Shown here piece after piece: positions 25,432 through 34,037 of a stretch of 64,000 nucleotides of DNA (within the stretch, counting starts at the first letter, position 1; every line of letters begins with the position of its first letter). Both the position numbers and the translations under genes were made by a program. This DNA is from Kiritimatiellia bacterium (lineage in GTDB: Bacteria; Verrucomicrobiota; Kiritimatiellia; RFP12; UBA1067). Below the pieces are notes generated by a model. That model was not told the DNA's origin. It saw nothing but the letters and a program-made list of their open reading frames with translations, and searched no databases. The stretch lies in NCBI GenBank assembly GCA_050949565.1, contig JBMNFY010000011.1:26069-90068 (forward strand), in the 5' to 3' direction.

Positions 25432-26774
25432 AACGACTGATGATTGCGGCGGCGGCCGCATGTCTCTCTCTCTCACTGTGTTCGTCGGTACATGCCCGAC
25501 TGATCGACACGGTCCCTATGATCGTGCGCGCGGACAATGACGCCACCATAACGCTGACCTTTGAAAATGAACCGCTGCTCGCCAAGCCGGATGACGTGCA
25601 GGCGGAATACGTCTGCGCGGACGGACTCGACGCCAACGGCGTGCCGCTCGGCTACGGACGTTTTCAGGCGATACCGTGCGAGATCCGCGACAACACGCTG
25701 ACGGTAACCGTCCGCTTCCGTGGCGAAACCCAACACACCATCCGGGTCATTCAAAAAAGTTCCAATCCCAAAAAGCCCAAGGTGCTGGGCGTGGCCCAGC
25801 TCTACTCGCTGCGCCCAGACTACTTCGCCCTGCGGCCTTATCGGGGCGACATGCACATGCACAGCAAATTCTCGGACGGCAACAAGAACGAATCGCCGGC
25901 CCTGATGGTCGCCACCTGCCGCAAACTCGGACAGGACTTCGCCATCGAGACCGACCACCACGCCTATGCCGGCTCGCTGGATGCCATCGCGGCGTTTTCA
26001 AAACTCCCGACGGACATGAAGACATTCCCCGGAGAAGAGGTACACAGCCCCGGAAACGGCGTGCACATCCTGTCGCTCGGCGCGTCGGAGAGCATGACGG
26101 ATTGGTTCACGAAATCAAGGGCCGAGTACGATCAGGCGGTCGCGGCGGAACGAGCCAAATTGCCGGACACGATCCCCGATAGCTTCAAGCACCAAATCGC
26201 CGCCTCGTTCGCGGTTTGGGACAAGATCCGTGCCTGCGGCGGCATCGCCGTGTTTTGCCACCCCTACTGGCGGCCAGCCTACCGGCAGTACGTCCCTGCC
26301 ATCGTCTCCGACTACCTGTTGGAAACGGCGAAGTTTGACGCGATGGAAGTGCTCAATTGCGACAGTAGCGAACTCAGCATCCTCCACTACAACGAACTGC
26401 GTGCACAAGGCAAAAAGATCGCTGGCATCGGTGTCACCGACGCCCACGCATCCAAGAACTTGGGGGTCGCCTACACCTTGGTTCTGGCTGAGCAATTGGA
26501 CTTCCCGTCGCTGGCCAAGAACATCCGCCTGCGTAACTGTGCGGCGGTGGATATCGACCCCGTTTCAAAACGGCAAACCGTCACCGGCGAGTTCCGTTTC
26601 TCCCGTTACGCCCTCTTCCTGCTCAAGCATTTCTTCCCGCTTCAGGATGACATCTGCCGTAAGGAAGGCGAGTGGCTGCTGAAGGCGCTTGAAGGTGACG
26701 AGCAGGCCATCGCCTCGTTGAAGGCATCGCAAGGAACGACACCCGCGCTCAGGGTCAAGTATTGGCAGAAATGA
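25428..26774 (+). CDS. exported PHP-domain metallohydrolase (CehA/McbA-like)
   Basis: ATGA overlap with the previous gene. Signal peptide (AAAACLSLSLCSSVHA). 'YRGDMHMHSKFSDG' and 'AIETDHH' are PHP metal-binding motifs. 'GVTDAH' appears later in the protein. Confidence 0.7.
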   Translation: MKRLMIAAAAACLSLSLCSSVHARLIDTVPMIVRADNDATITLTFENEPLLAKPDDVQAEYVCADGLDANGVPLGYGRFQAIPCEIRDNTLTVTVRFRGETQHTIRVIQKSSNPKKPKVLGVAQLYSLRPDYFALRPYRGDMHMHSKFSDGNKNESPALMVATCRKLGQDFAIETDHHAYAGSLDAIAAFSKLPTDMKTFPGEEVHSPGNGVHILSLGASESMTDWFTKSRAEYDQAVAAERAKLPDTIPDSFKHQIAASFAVWDKIRACGGIAVFCHPYWRPAYRQYVPAIVSDYLLETAKFDAMEVLNCDSSELSILHYNELRAQGKKIAGIGVTDAHASKNLGVAYTLVLAEQLDFPSLAKNIRLRNCAAVDIDPVSKRQTVTGEFRFSRYALFLLKHFFPLQDDICRKEGEWLLKALEGDEQAIASLKASQGTTPALRVKYWQK

Positions 26775-26788
26775 TCGCATGGCAGTTA

Positions 26789-26850
26789 GCATTTAGGAGT
26801 TAGGATTTAGGAGTTTTTCAGGATCGGGATCGGGATCGCTATCGGGATCG
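26789..26850. repeat. short tandem modules ('(a)tttaggag', 'gggatcg')
   Basis: 'gcatttaggagttaggatttaggagttttt' followed by 'ggatcgggatcgggatcgctatcgggatcg'. The second block recurs almost verbatim at 55938-55972. Confidence 0.88.
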
Positions 26851-26856
26851 TTCTTC

Positions 26857-29800
26857 ATGGATATTGTGGACTTCGTGGACGTTGTGGACACGCAACAGAG
26901 TGACTACAAGGCTGTACCGCGCACACGAGGCGTGTGCCTCCTGTTGGTGATCGTAAGCACCGGCGCGGCGGTTTTCGCCGCGCCGGGCGGACGCTGGACG
27001 TTTGACGGCTCGCCGGCGGACAGCAGCGGCAACGGCCTGCACGCGAAGATAACGGGCACGCCGCAGTACGTGGCGGCGCGGGACGGTCAGGCGCTGCGAT
27101 TGGAAGGGAGCGCGGCAACCATCCCCGACGCGCCCGGTCTGCGGCTCGCGCGCGGTATGCGCATCGAAACGCGCGTGCGCTTTGACGCGCTGGCGGACGG
27201 CAACGCTTGGATTGATGTCGCCATAAAGGGCAGCTACAATCACGGCGAGTATATCCTGCGCGTCAATCCCGAATCGGAGGGCCGCCAGTTCGGCTTTTTC
27301 GTAAACACCGGTGCCTGGGAGCCGCGCGTTAACGGACGCGTCCGCGTGACCACCAATGTCTGGTACGATGTGGCGGCGGGATGGGACGAACAGGGCCTCT
27401 GGCTGACGGTGAATGGCGATACGACGCGCACGGCCCGCAATGGTCTTCCGGTCACCACTTGGGGGCCGTTACGCGTCGGCCCGTTTCACGGCGCGATCGA
27501 TACGCTGAGCGTCCAGCGCACGGACGACGGTTTGCAAGGGATCGGCCTCTGGCCATTCGAGGGCGACTTGCGCGACCGCACGGAACATGGACGCCACTGG
27601 CGTGCCGACGGTGCTACCTTCGTGTCTGCGGAACACGGCGGCTTAGCATTGAACGCAACCTCCGCCGCACCCGAATTGCCCAGTCACGCCGACCTGCAAC
27701 TTGCAGCGGGGCTCCGGCTCGACTGCGCGGTGCTATTCAACGACATACCGACCAACATCACACCGATCGTGATGAAACAGGGCGAGTACATGCTGCGCCT
27801 CGATGCGCAATCAGAGGGCGGGCTTCTTGCGTTTTTTGTCAACCTCGATGGCAAGTGGGAGTCGCGTGTGCGGAGCGTGCAGCGTCCCGAGCCCGGTGTC
27901 TGGTATTACGTTTCCGCAAACTGGAATGGCTTTGAGCTTATGCTGGATGTCAACGGCGAACGCAACCAAGTCACGCGCGTGGGCGTGCCCCGCCCCGGCT
28001 CGGCACCGCTCAAACTCGGGCGGTTCAACGGCGCGATCGACAACCTGCATATTGAGAATCCCCGGCCAGCCGTGGTGCGGCTACGCAACCTCACGACGCA
28101 TGCTGTCCTGCTGCATGCCGGACAGCCGGTCCGAGTGAGTGCCGAGGTGGTCCACTATGCCCAAGCCGTCACGGGTTGCGTTGCGACACTCGATCTGCCG
28201 ACCGGCGTGACCTGCGACACGCCGGTGTCCGTACCGCTCGCACTGCTTGCCCCAACCGAGGCGCAGACCGTAGAATGGACGTTGCGCGCGAATACCGGCC
28301 AAGTCGCCACAGCGACGTTCCGGCTGGTCGCCAACGGCGAGACCCTGCATCAGGCCAAGAAAACACTGCCCTTTTTCGGTGCCGCTGACCGTGCACTCGG
28401 GACTGGCGTATGGACACCGCCGCCGCGTCCGACCGATACGCAGGCCGCAACCTATTACGTGGACAGTGTATATGGCGACAATGCCAACGCCGGCACGTCA
28501 CCCACAGCCGCGTGGCGCGATTTCACGCCGGTCAACGGGCGCACGCTCGGTCCCGGTGAACGCCTACTGCTGCGCCGTGGCAGCGTGTTCAATCAGGAAC
28601 TCAGACTCTCGGCGCGTGGCACACCTGAAGTGTGGGCCGAGATCGGCAGCTACGGCGAGGGCGCACGACCGGTCATCCGCCGCAACTGGGATATCGATGA
28701 TCGTTGCGCGTTGATCGAGAGCCCCGACTATCTGGCCGTCCGCGGCCTGACAGTCTGTTTTGCGGGCAAGGGCTTCGTGGTCCACTACGCGCACAGCGGA
28801 CATCGCGGCCTGCTGATCGAAGATTGTGTGGCGCACCACATCGAGGGCCTTTACCGCCACAACAGCCACGGCATCCCCGAGTGGCTCCACCGGCGCGGCG
28901 CACCCGGCGACAGCGCGCGATCATGCGGGTTCGGCGTCAGCGGCTCGGCAGCATCCATGTTGGTGATCCGCGACTGTGAGATGTTCCAATGTTCCAGTGG
29001 CTTTTTCTTCGCTGGGCACGATGTCACCATCGACCGTGTCTTCTGTCACGACAACTTCACGCACAATACATCGCCGCATCCGTTTCTGGTGTCGGTCTGG
29101 CGGGCGTATCTGCAGAACAGCGTGTTCGACGCGGCGGGCTGGCATGCTTACGCCGGCACCATGGGGATCATGCTGGGCAACCAGAACGGACTGATCATCC
29201 GCAACTGCCACTTCCTCAACCAGCCGGACTCCGGTTCGCACGACGAAGGCGGCGTCGACTTCGAGGCGGGCGGCGACGGCTGCCTGATCGACCACTGCAC
29301 CTTCCGCAACAACGCCGGCGCGGCGATCGAAGTACTTGGATTGAAATCACCCCAGGCGCGTAATGTCGAGATCGCGAATTCGCGCTTCATCCGCAACAAC
29401 GTCGCCAACAAACTCGGCCCTTCGGAAATTTTCATCTGGGGCGGCAACCGCGACCCCGAAGTCTGCTGTAGCACGGGAACCATCCGCGACAACGGCTACG
29501 TGCTCACGCCCGGCGTACTGTTCTTCACCAACCAGGCCCCCGCGTTGACCCGCTGGACCTTGACGAACAACACCCAGTACGCCACCAGCGAAGAACTGGA
29601 GCGCGCCATGCCGTTCAACGATCCGCCGCGAGTGAATGCCGGTCGCGAAATCTGGACCGATCAGCCGCAGGTGCGCCTGACCGGCTCGGTCACAGATGAT
29701 GCGCGCCCCGCGCCCGCACGGCTCGCCGTGCGCTGGGAGTTATTGCACGGCCCCGGCACGGTGGTGTTCGATGATCCGTCCGCGGCTGTCACCGATGCGC

Positions 29801-30402
29801 GTTTCTCCGCGCCCGGAGATTATCTGCTCCGTCTGGTGGCGGATGACGGCGAGCTGTGGCGCAGCGCCCTGACCACCGTGCATCTCCTGCCGCCGCGTAC
29901 TACAGTGGCGCGTGCGTGGACCTTTGAAACGACACACGACAAGGAGGGGTGGAGCGACTGGGATCTCGGCACGAGCGACCAAGACTGGCGTGACCAAAAA
30001 TGGGCCTGCATCTCGCGACCGGTCAAACACGTCGCCGGCGGCTTTTACTCCGTAGCGGTCGAAAAGAGTGCCGGGGCGTACCTGCTCTCAGCCGACGCAC
30101 TTAACGTGCCGCTCGCTTCCGCACCGCGCTTCACGATCCGCATGCAGAACCGCACCGGCGCGACGAGCATGCGCCTACGCTTCACCACCGATACCGAACC
30201 GTCATGGGAAGCGAACCTCGGCATACGTTTCGCCGTGAACAACTATGATCCCTCGCCGCACCTCTACACGGTAGAGATGAGCGCGGTTGACGGTTGGCGC
30301 GGAACGCTCAAGCAGCTCAGGCTCGAACTCACCGACGGCACACCCATCACCGGCTCCTGCCGTATCGACTACATCTGGCTGGGCGGCTCTGCCCAGCCCT
30401 AG
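26857..30402 (+). CDS. large exported LamG-repeat / right-handed beta-helix protein
   Basis: 1181 aa. Two LamG-type modules ('GEYILRVNPESEGRQFGFFVNTGAWE...WYDVAAGWDEQGLWLTVNG' and 'GEYMLRLDAQSEGGLLAFFVNLDGKWE...WYYVSANWNGFELMLDVNG'). Then beta-helix-like repeats ('IRNCHFLNQPDSGSHDEGGVDFEAGGDGCLIDHCTFRNNAGAAIEV'). The start codon is uncertain because the first 12 codons lie in a 'gtggac' tandem. Confidence 0.8.
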   Translation: MDIVDFVDVVDTQQSDYKAVPRTRGVCLLLVIVSTGAAVFAAPGGRWTFDGSPADSSGNGLHAKITGTPQYVAARDGQALRLEGSAATIPDAPGLRLARGMRIETRVRFDALADGNAWIDVAIKGSYNHGEYILRVNPESEGRQFGFFVNTGAWEPRVNGRVRVTTNVWYDVAAGWDEQGLWLTVNGDTTRTARNGLPVTTWGPLRVGPFHGAIDTLSVQRTDDGLQGIGLWPFEGDLRDRTEHGRHWRADGATFVSAEHGGLALNATSAAPELPSHADLQLAAGLRLDCAVLFNDIPTNITPIVMKQGEYMLRLDAQSEGGLLAFFVNLDGKWESRVRSVQRPEPGVWYYVSANWNGFELMLDVNGERNQVTRVGVPRPGSAPLKLGRFNGAIDNLHIENPRPAVVRLRNLTTHAVLLHAGQPVRVSAEVVHYAQAVTGCVATLDLPTGVTCDTPVSVPLALLAPTEAQTVEWTLRANTGQVATATFRLVANGETLHQAKKTLPFFGAADRALGTGVWTPPPRPTDTQAATYYVDSVYGDNANAGTSPTAAWRDFTPVNGRTLGPGERLLLRRGSVFNQELRLSARGTPEVWAEIGSYGEGARPVIRRNWDIDDRCALIESPDYLAVRGLTVCFAGKGFVVHYAHSGHRGLLIEDCVAHHIEGLYRHNSHGIPEWLHRRGAPGDSARSCGFGVSGSAASMLVIRDCEMFQCSSGFFFAGHDVTIDRVFCHDNFTHNTSPHPFLVSVWRAYLQNSVFDAAGWHAYAGTMGIMLGNQNGLIIRNCHFLNQPDSGSHDEGGVDFEAGGDGCLIDHCTFRNNAGAAIEVLGLKSPQARNVEIANSRFIRNNVANKLGPSEIFIWGGNRDPEVCCSTGTIRDNGYVLTPGVLFFTNQAPALTRWTLTNNTQYATSEELERAMPFNDPPRVNAGREIWTDQPQVRLTGSVTDDARPAPARLAVRWELLHGPGTVVFDDPSAAVTDARFSAPGDYLLRLVADDGELWRSALTTVHLLPPRTTVARAWTFETTHDKEGWSDWDLGTSDQDWRDQKWACISRPVKHVAGGFYSVAVEKSAGAYLLSADALNVPLASAPRFTIRMQNRTGATSMRLRFTTDTEPSWEANLGIRFAVNNYDPSPHLYTVEMSAVDGWRGTLKQLRLELTDGTPITGSCRIDYIWLGGSAQP

Positions 30403-30429
30403 CGATTTTGCACACACAGCCAAACTTTT

Positions 30430-30472
30430 GCATGTTTTCTGCGAAAACAGTTGCATGGATGCCAAAACATGC
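30430..30472. promoter_or_regulatory. nested inverted repeats immediately upstream of the ATPase/RloB module (possible operator)
   Basis: Outer arms 'gcatgtttt' (30430-30438) and 'aaaacatgc' (30464-30472). Inner palindrome 'tgttttc-tgc-gaaaaca' (30433-30449). 'ttgcat' occurs twice (30428, 30451). No SD precedes ATG 30485. Confidence 0.35.
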
Positions 30473-30484
30473 TACTCTAGTTCC

Positions 30485-31819
30485 ATGATTATTCAATTTT
30501 CCGTTTCGAACTACCGGTGTTTTCGGGAGTTTCAGACGCTTAATCTGACGGCAAGCAGTGATAAGTCGTTACCTGACAACTGTATTGTCACATCGCTGGC
30601 GGGACGCCCCGAAAGACGTTGGCTCAAAGGCGCTGCGATTTATGGCGCGAACGCGAGCGGTAAGTCAACGGTTCTGAATGCTTTGAAGGCACTGGCAGGA
30701 ATGGTCATCCACTCCGCAAAGATCACGGATGCCACGGAACCGATCAGGCAGATTGATCCATTTGCTCTGTGTCCCGATCATCCCGAAGTCCCTACAGCCT
30801 TCGGGGTTGTGTTTGTTGTCGATGACACGCGATATGAATACCGAGTGGCGGCCACGCGCAAACGTATCTGGCACGAATCGTTGCGGGCGTTTCCCAGCGC
30901 TCGCGCACAGACGTGGTATGCTCGTGACTGGAGTCCGGAATCCGCCTCCTATGTCTGGACGCCGGAACGGCCGACGGGATTTCAGCGCGATCCTCAACTG
31001 GAGAGCTATACACTGAGCAACATGCTGTTCCTGTCAAAAGCGGTAGCCAACAACCGTGCAGAGTTGGAGCCGATCTTCCGTTGGTTTAAAGAAAATTTGG
31101 TTTTCTTGGACATGAGTGCGCGGAGCCACCTGTCACTTGACTACACACTCAATCAGATCGAGCAACAAGGCGAATATTGTGCGTCAATCAAAGAACTGTT
31201 ACGCCATGCGGACATCGGCGTAACCGGTGTGGAAACAATTGAGGACGGTTCTCCTGAAAAGGTCGAAAAACTATTCGCTGATGTCCCCGTAGAAATCCAA
31301 AAGCGTTTTATCAAAGAAACGTGGTTACGCCCTTCGTTGATACACGCAGGAATGACGCCTGTTCAGATTCCTTTGCCATGGGAGACCGAATCGGCGGGCA
31401 CTCGCCGTTTGTTTGCACTGGCGGGGCCGTGGCTGGATATTCTTAACCGAGGGAAGGTAGTCTGCATCGACGAGTTGGAGACCAGCATGCACCCGCACAT
31501 GGTGCGGGAACTGCTACGGCTGTTTTTCGATCCAGCCGTTAATACCGGTGGTGCGCAAGTGATCTTCACGACCCACAATCCGCTCTTGCTCGACACAACC
31601 CTGTTGCGCCGCGACCAAGTGTGGTTCACCGACAAGGATAACAAAGGCGCAGCTCACCTCTATCCCCTGACCGACTATAGTCCCCGCAAAGGCGAGTCGC
31701 TCGTCCGTGGCTACCTCTCCGGAAGGTACGGAGCGCTGCCATTCATCCCTGCAGGACTGCTCGATGCAATACCGTCGTACGAGGGGAAAGAGACAACTCC
31801 GGAGGTTCCCCATGACTGA
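30485..31819 (+). CDS. AAA_21/AAA_15-type ABC-like ATPase (AbiLi / RloA-like)
   Basis: N-terminus 'MIIQFSVSNYRCFREFQTLNL' is typical for this family. Walker A 'GANASGKST' (nt 30644-30670), signature-like 'ESAGTRRLF', Walker B 'VVCIDELETSMHP' and H-loop 'IFTTHNPLLLD'. An alternative start at 30455 adds 10 aa. Confidence 0.85.
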   Translation: MIIQFSVSNYRCFREFQTLNLTASSDKSLPDNCIVTSLAGRPERRWLKGAAIYGANASGKSTVLNALKALAGMVIHSAKITDATEPIRQIDPFALCPDHPEVPTAFGVVFVVDDTRYEYRVAATRKRIWHESLRAFPSARAQTWYARDWSPESASYVWTPERPTGFQRDPQLESYTLSNMLFLSKAVANNRAELEPIFRWFKENLVFLDMSARSHLSLDYTLNQIEQQGEYCASIKELLRHADIGVTGVETIEDGSPEKVEKLFADVPVEIQKRFIKETWLRPSLIHAGMTPVQIPLPWETESAGTRRLFALAGPWLDILNRGKVVCIDELETSMHPHMVRELLRLFFDPAVNTGGAQVIFTTHNPLLLDTTLLRRDQVWFTDKDNKGAAHLYPLTDYSPRKGESLVRGYLSGRYGALPFIPAGLLDAIPSYEGKETTPEVPHD

Positions 31820-32564
31820 CGGTTGCGGTTATGATCCGGAATGGTGGAAAATACCCAAGGCGGCAAGTATCGCTCGAAAACGCCGGGCCACCACGTCCCG
31901 CGCAACCGCCAAGCCGGGGGACGCTTTTTTGATTGTCACCGAAGGACAAGTAACAGAACCAGTCTACTTCAACTGTTTACTGAAAGATCTCCGGTTGCAC
32001 ACTGTTCACGTTAAGGTCATACCCGGTCACACTCCCGATCCGCTTCGCGTGATTGATACTGCGGTCGAAGAGGTCAAGGCTCACCAGAAGAAATACAAGA
32101 ACGGTTTGCTTGCGCAAGATGAGCCGTCAAAATTCGATCATGTCTGGGTTGTCATCGACACTGACGTTGCGGTCCGGACGGGGTGTTGGAATGACGTGAA
32201 GCAACTCGCGGCTACACAAAAAGTAAAGCTTGCGCACTCAACACCCTGTTTCGAATACTGGTTGCTTTTGCATCTGTCGTACACGACCCGTGGAGATCTG
32301 GTGGATGGCGATGCCGCCAAGCGTGCGGTGGAAAAGGAGTTGGGCCGGGACTATTCGACAAACGAAAAAGTTGCTCGTGACGTCATGCCGCTATTCATGA
32401 ATCACTGGCCAGAGGCGGTACGCCATGCGCAAAGAGTGCGTCAACATCATGCCGATGCCAACACCCCCGAGCCAGCCAATCCATCTACCGAGGTTGATCG
32501 CCTCGTCCAAGCGCTGAGTGATTCGAGTCGCTACGGTCGACAGGCCGCAATCACAACGGAATAA
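31812..32564 (+). CDS. RloB-family (AbiLii-like, Toprim-like) protein
   Basis: GGAGG (31801-31805) lies 6 nt before ATG 31812, which overlaps the ATPase stop by 8 nt. Motifs 'FLIVTEGQVTEPVYF', 'HVWVVIDTD' and 'STPCFEYWLLLHL' match the RloB pattern (TEG..TE..YF / D.D / NPCFE.WLLLH). Confidence 0.85.
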   Translation: MTDGCGYDPEWWKIPKAASIARKRRATTSRATAKPGDAFLIVTEGQVTEPVYFNCLLKDLRLHTVHVKVIPGHTPDPLRVIDTAVEEVKAHQKKYKNGLLAQDEPSKFDHVWVVIDTDVAVRTGCWNDVKQLAATQKVKLAHSTPCFEYWLLLHLSYTTRGDLVDGDAAKRAVEKELGRDYSTNEKVARDVMPLFMNHWPEAVRHAQRVRQHHADANTPEPANPSTEVDRLVQALSDSSRYGRQAAITTE

Positions 32565-32652
32565 AAACAGCCGCGCAAGCCCCCTTCACACGAAAAGGGC
32601 GTAAAACCCGCTCCGTGCCTCATCTTGCTTTTGAGTGGTCGGAGAGTAACGC

Positions 32653-34035
32653 CTACACGGTATCGGGTATCTCGTAGCCGGACCGGTAGGATGCTTTGAC
32701 CATAGCGGTAGCGGCGGGATTGTCGAAGGCGTTGGCTGCCGCGTCGTACTTCAGCGCCACATTCCCCAAGCGGTGGGCGATGTTGCCCATGTGGGCGACC
32801 ATGTTGCTGGCATGGGCGACCGCGATGTCGGCGTTGGGTGCCTTGCGGCTCTTCACGCAGGCGATGAAGTTGCGGTAGTGCTCCAAATCGCCCGCCTGCC
32901 CGTGCATCTTTTCCACTACCTGACTGCTGCCCTTCTCCACCACAAATCCGCCGCCATGACGACCGAGGATCATCAGTTGCTTCTGTCCGTAGATCTCAAT
33001 GCGCGTGGCGTTCTGCTTCCAGTCCGAAACCAGATGCTTCTTGCGCAGCACGTCGCTGCTCTTTTCCATGTAGGCGGGATATTGGCTCATGTCAAAGGTC
33101 ATCGCGAACGTCGGAAACTCCCAAGCGACATTCAGGACATCGGGCACCTCGGAATCGTCCCCTTTGCGGGTGACAAACTGGCCGCCCAGCGCGCGCACGC
33201 TCGTGGGCAGGCCGGGGTCGCCCATCATCATCAGGGCCAGGTCGATCTGGTGGATACCGTCGTCGGTCATGTCGCCGCCGCAGTAGTCCCAGTAAAAATG
33301 CCAGCCGCCGCCACGCCAGATGCGCTGGTGATAGGGCCGCAAGGCGGCGCGTCCCAGCCAGCGGTCCCAGTCGAAGCCTGCCGGTTGCTGGCCGGGGTCG
33401 CCCAGTTTGAAGGGCGAGCCGCTCTTGAGGTTGAAGACCTTGACCAGACCGATCTCGCCAAGCTGCCCGCTCTGCACAATCTCGCGCGCCCGAAGGTTGT
33501 ACTCAGTCGAACGGTTCTGTGTGCCGACCTGCACGACCCGCCGGTATTTGGCTGCGGCCTCGACCATCTTCCCGCTCTCCCACATGCAGAATGAATGCGG
33601 TTTCTCGACGTAGACATCCTTGCCGGCCTGACACGCCTGGATGGTCAGCGGTGCATGCCAGTTGTCGTGGGTTGCGACGATAACCGCGTCGATATCTTTA
33701 GCTTCCAGAATCTTGCGGTAGTCTTTCTCAAAGCGCGGTTTCTCCGTTTGCACCGGCTGAATGAATGTCCACATCTGATCCATGCGCTCATCGCTCAGAT
33801 CAGAGATTGCCACGCAGTGGGCGCCGGCATCTTCAATCATCACGCGCAAGATGAAGCGACCGCGGCCGCCGCAACCGATAATTGCGACATTGACCCGTTC
33901 GTTCGCCCCGGCCACACGCTCCGCGCTCAACGCCTGCCACGCGCCGAGCCCCGCCGCCGCTGCGGACGCGCGCTTGATAAAGCCGCGCCGCGTGCTTGTC
34001 GCACCCTTCGTCAACAGTTCTGAATGGTCTTTCAT
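32653..34035 (-). CDS. Tat-exported Gfo/Idh/MocA-family NAD(P) oxidoreductase
   Basis: Twin-arginine leader 'TRRGFIKRASAAAAGLGAWQALSA'. Rossmann motif 'VNVAIIGCGGRGR'. 'EKPHSF' fits the family EKP motif. Confidence 0.85.
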   Translation of the reverse strand: MKDHSELLTKGATSTRRGFIKRASAAAAGLGAWQALSAERVAGANERVNVAIIGCGGRGRFILRVMIEDAGAHCVAISDLSDERMDQMWTFIQPVQTEKPRFEKDYRKILEAKDIDAVIVATHDNWHAPLTIQACQAGKDVYVEKPHSFCMWESGKMVEAAAKYRRVVQVGTQNRSTEYNLRAREIVQSGQLGEIGLVKVFNLKSGSPFKLGDPGQQPAGFDWDRWLGRAALRPYHQRIWRGGGWHFYWDYCGGDMTDDGIHQIDLALMMMGDPGLPTSVRALGGQFVTRKGDDSEVPDVLNVAWEFPTFAMTFDMSQYPAYMEKSSDVLRKKHLVSDWKQNATRIEIYGQKQLMILGRHGGGFVVEKGSSQVVEKMHGQAGDLEHYRNFIACVKSRKAPNADIAVAHASNMVAHMGNIAHRLGNVALKYDAAANAFDNPAATAMVKASYRSGYEIPDTV

Positions 34036-34037
34036 TC

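Noticed and set aside
30403-32652. Flanking integrase, transposase, tRNA or long direct repeats delimiting the ATPase/RloB insertion. The same was checked around the NERD gene at 12153-13442.
   Set aside because: I could find none by eye. The 'island' interpretation therefore rests only on composition and context, and it is stated as an inference.
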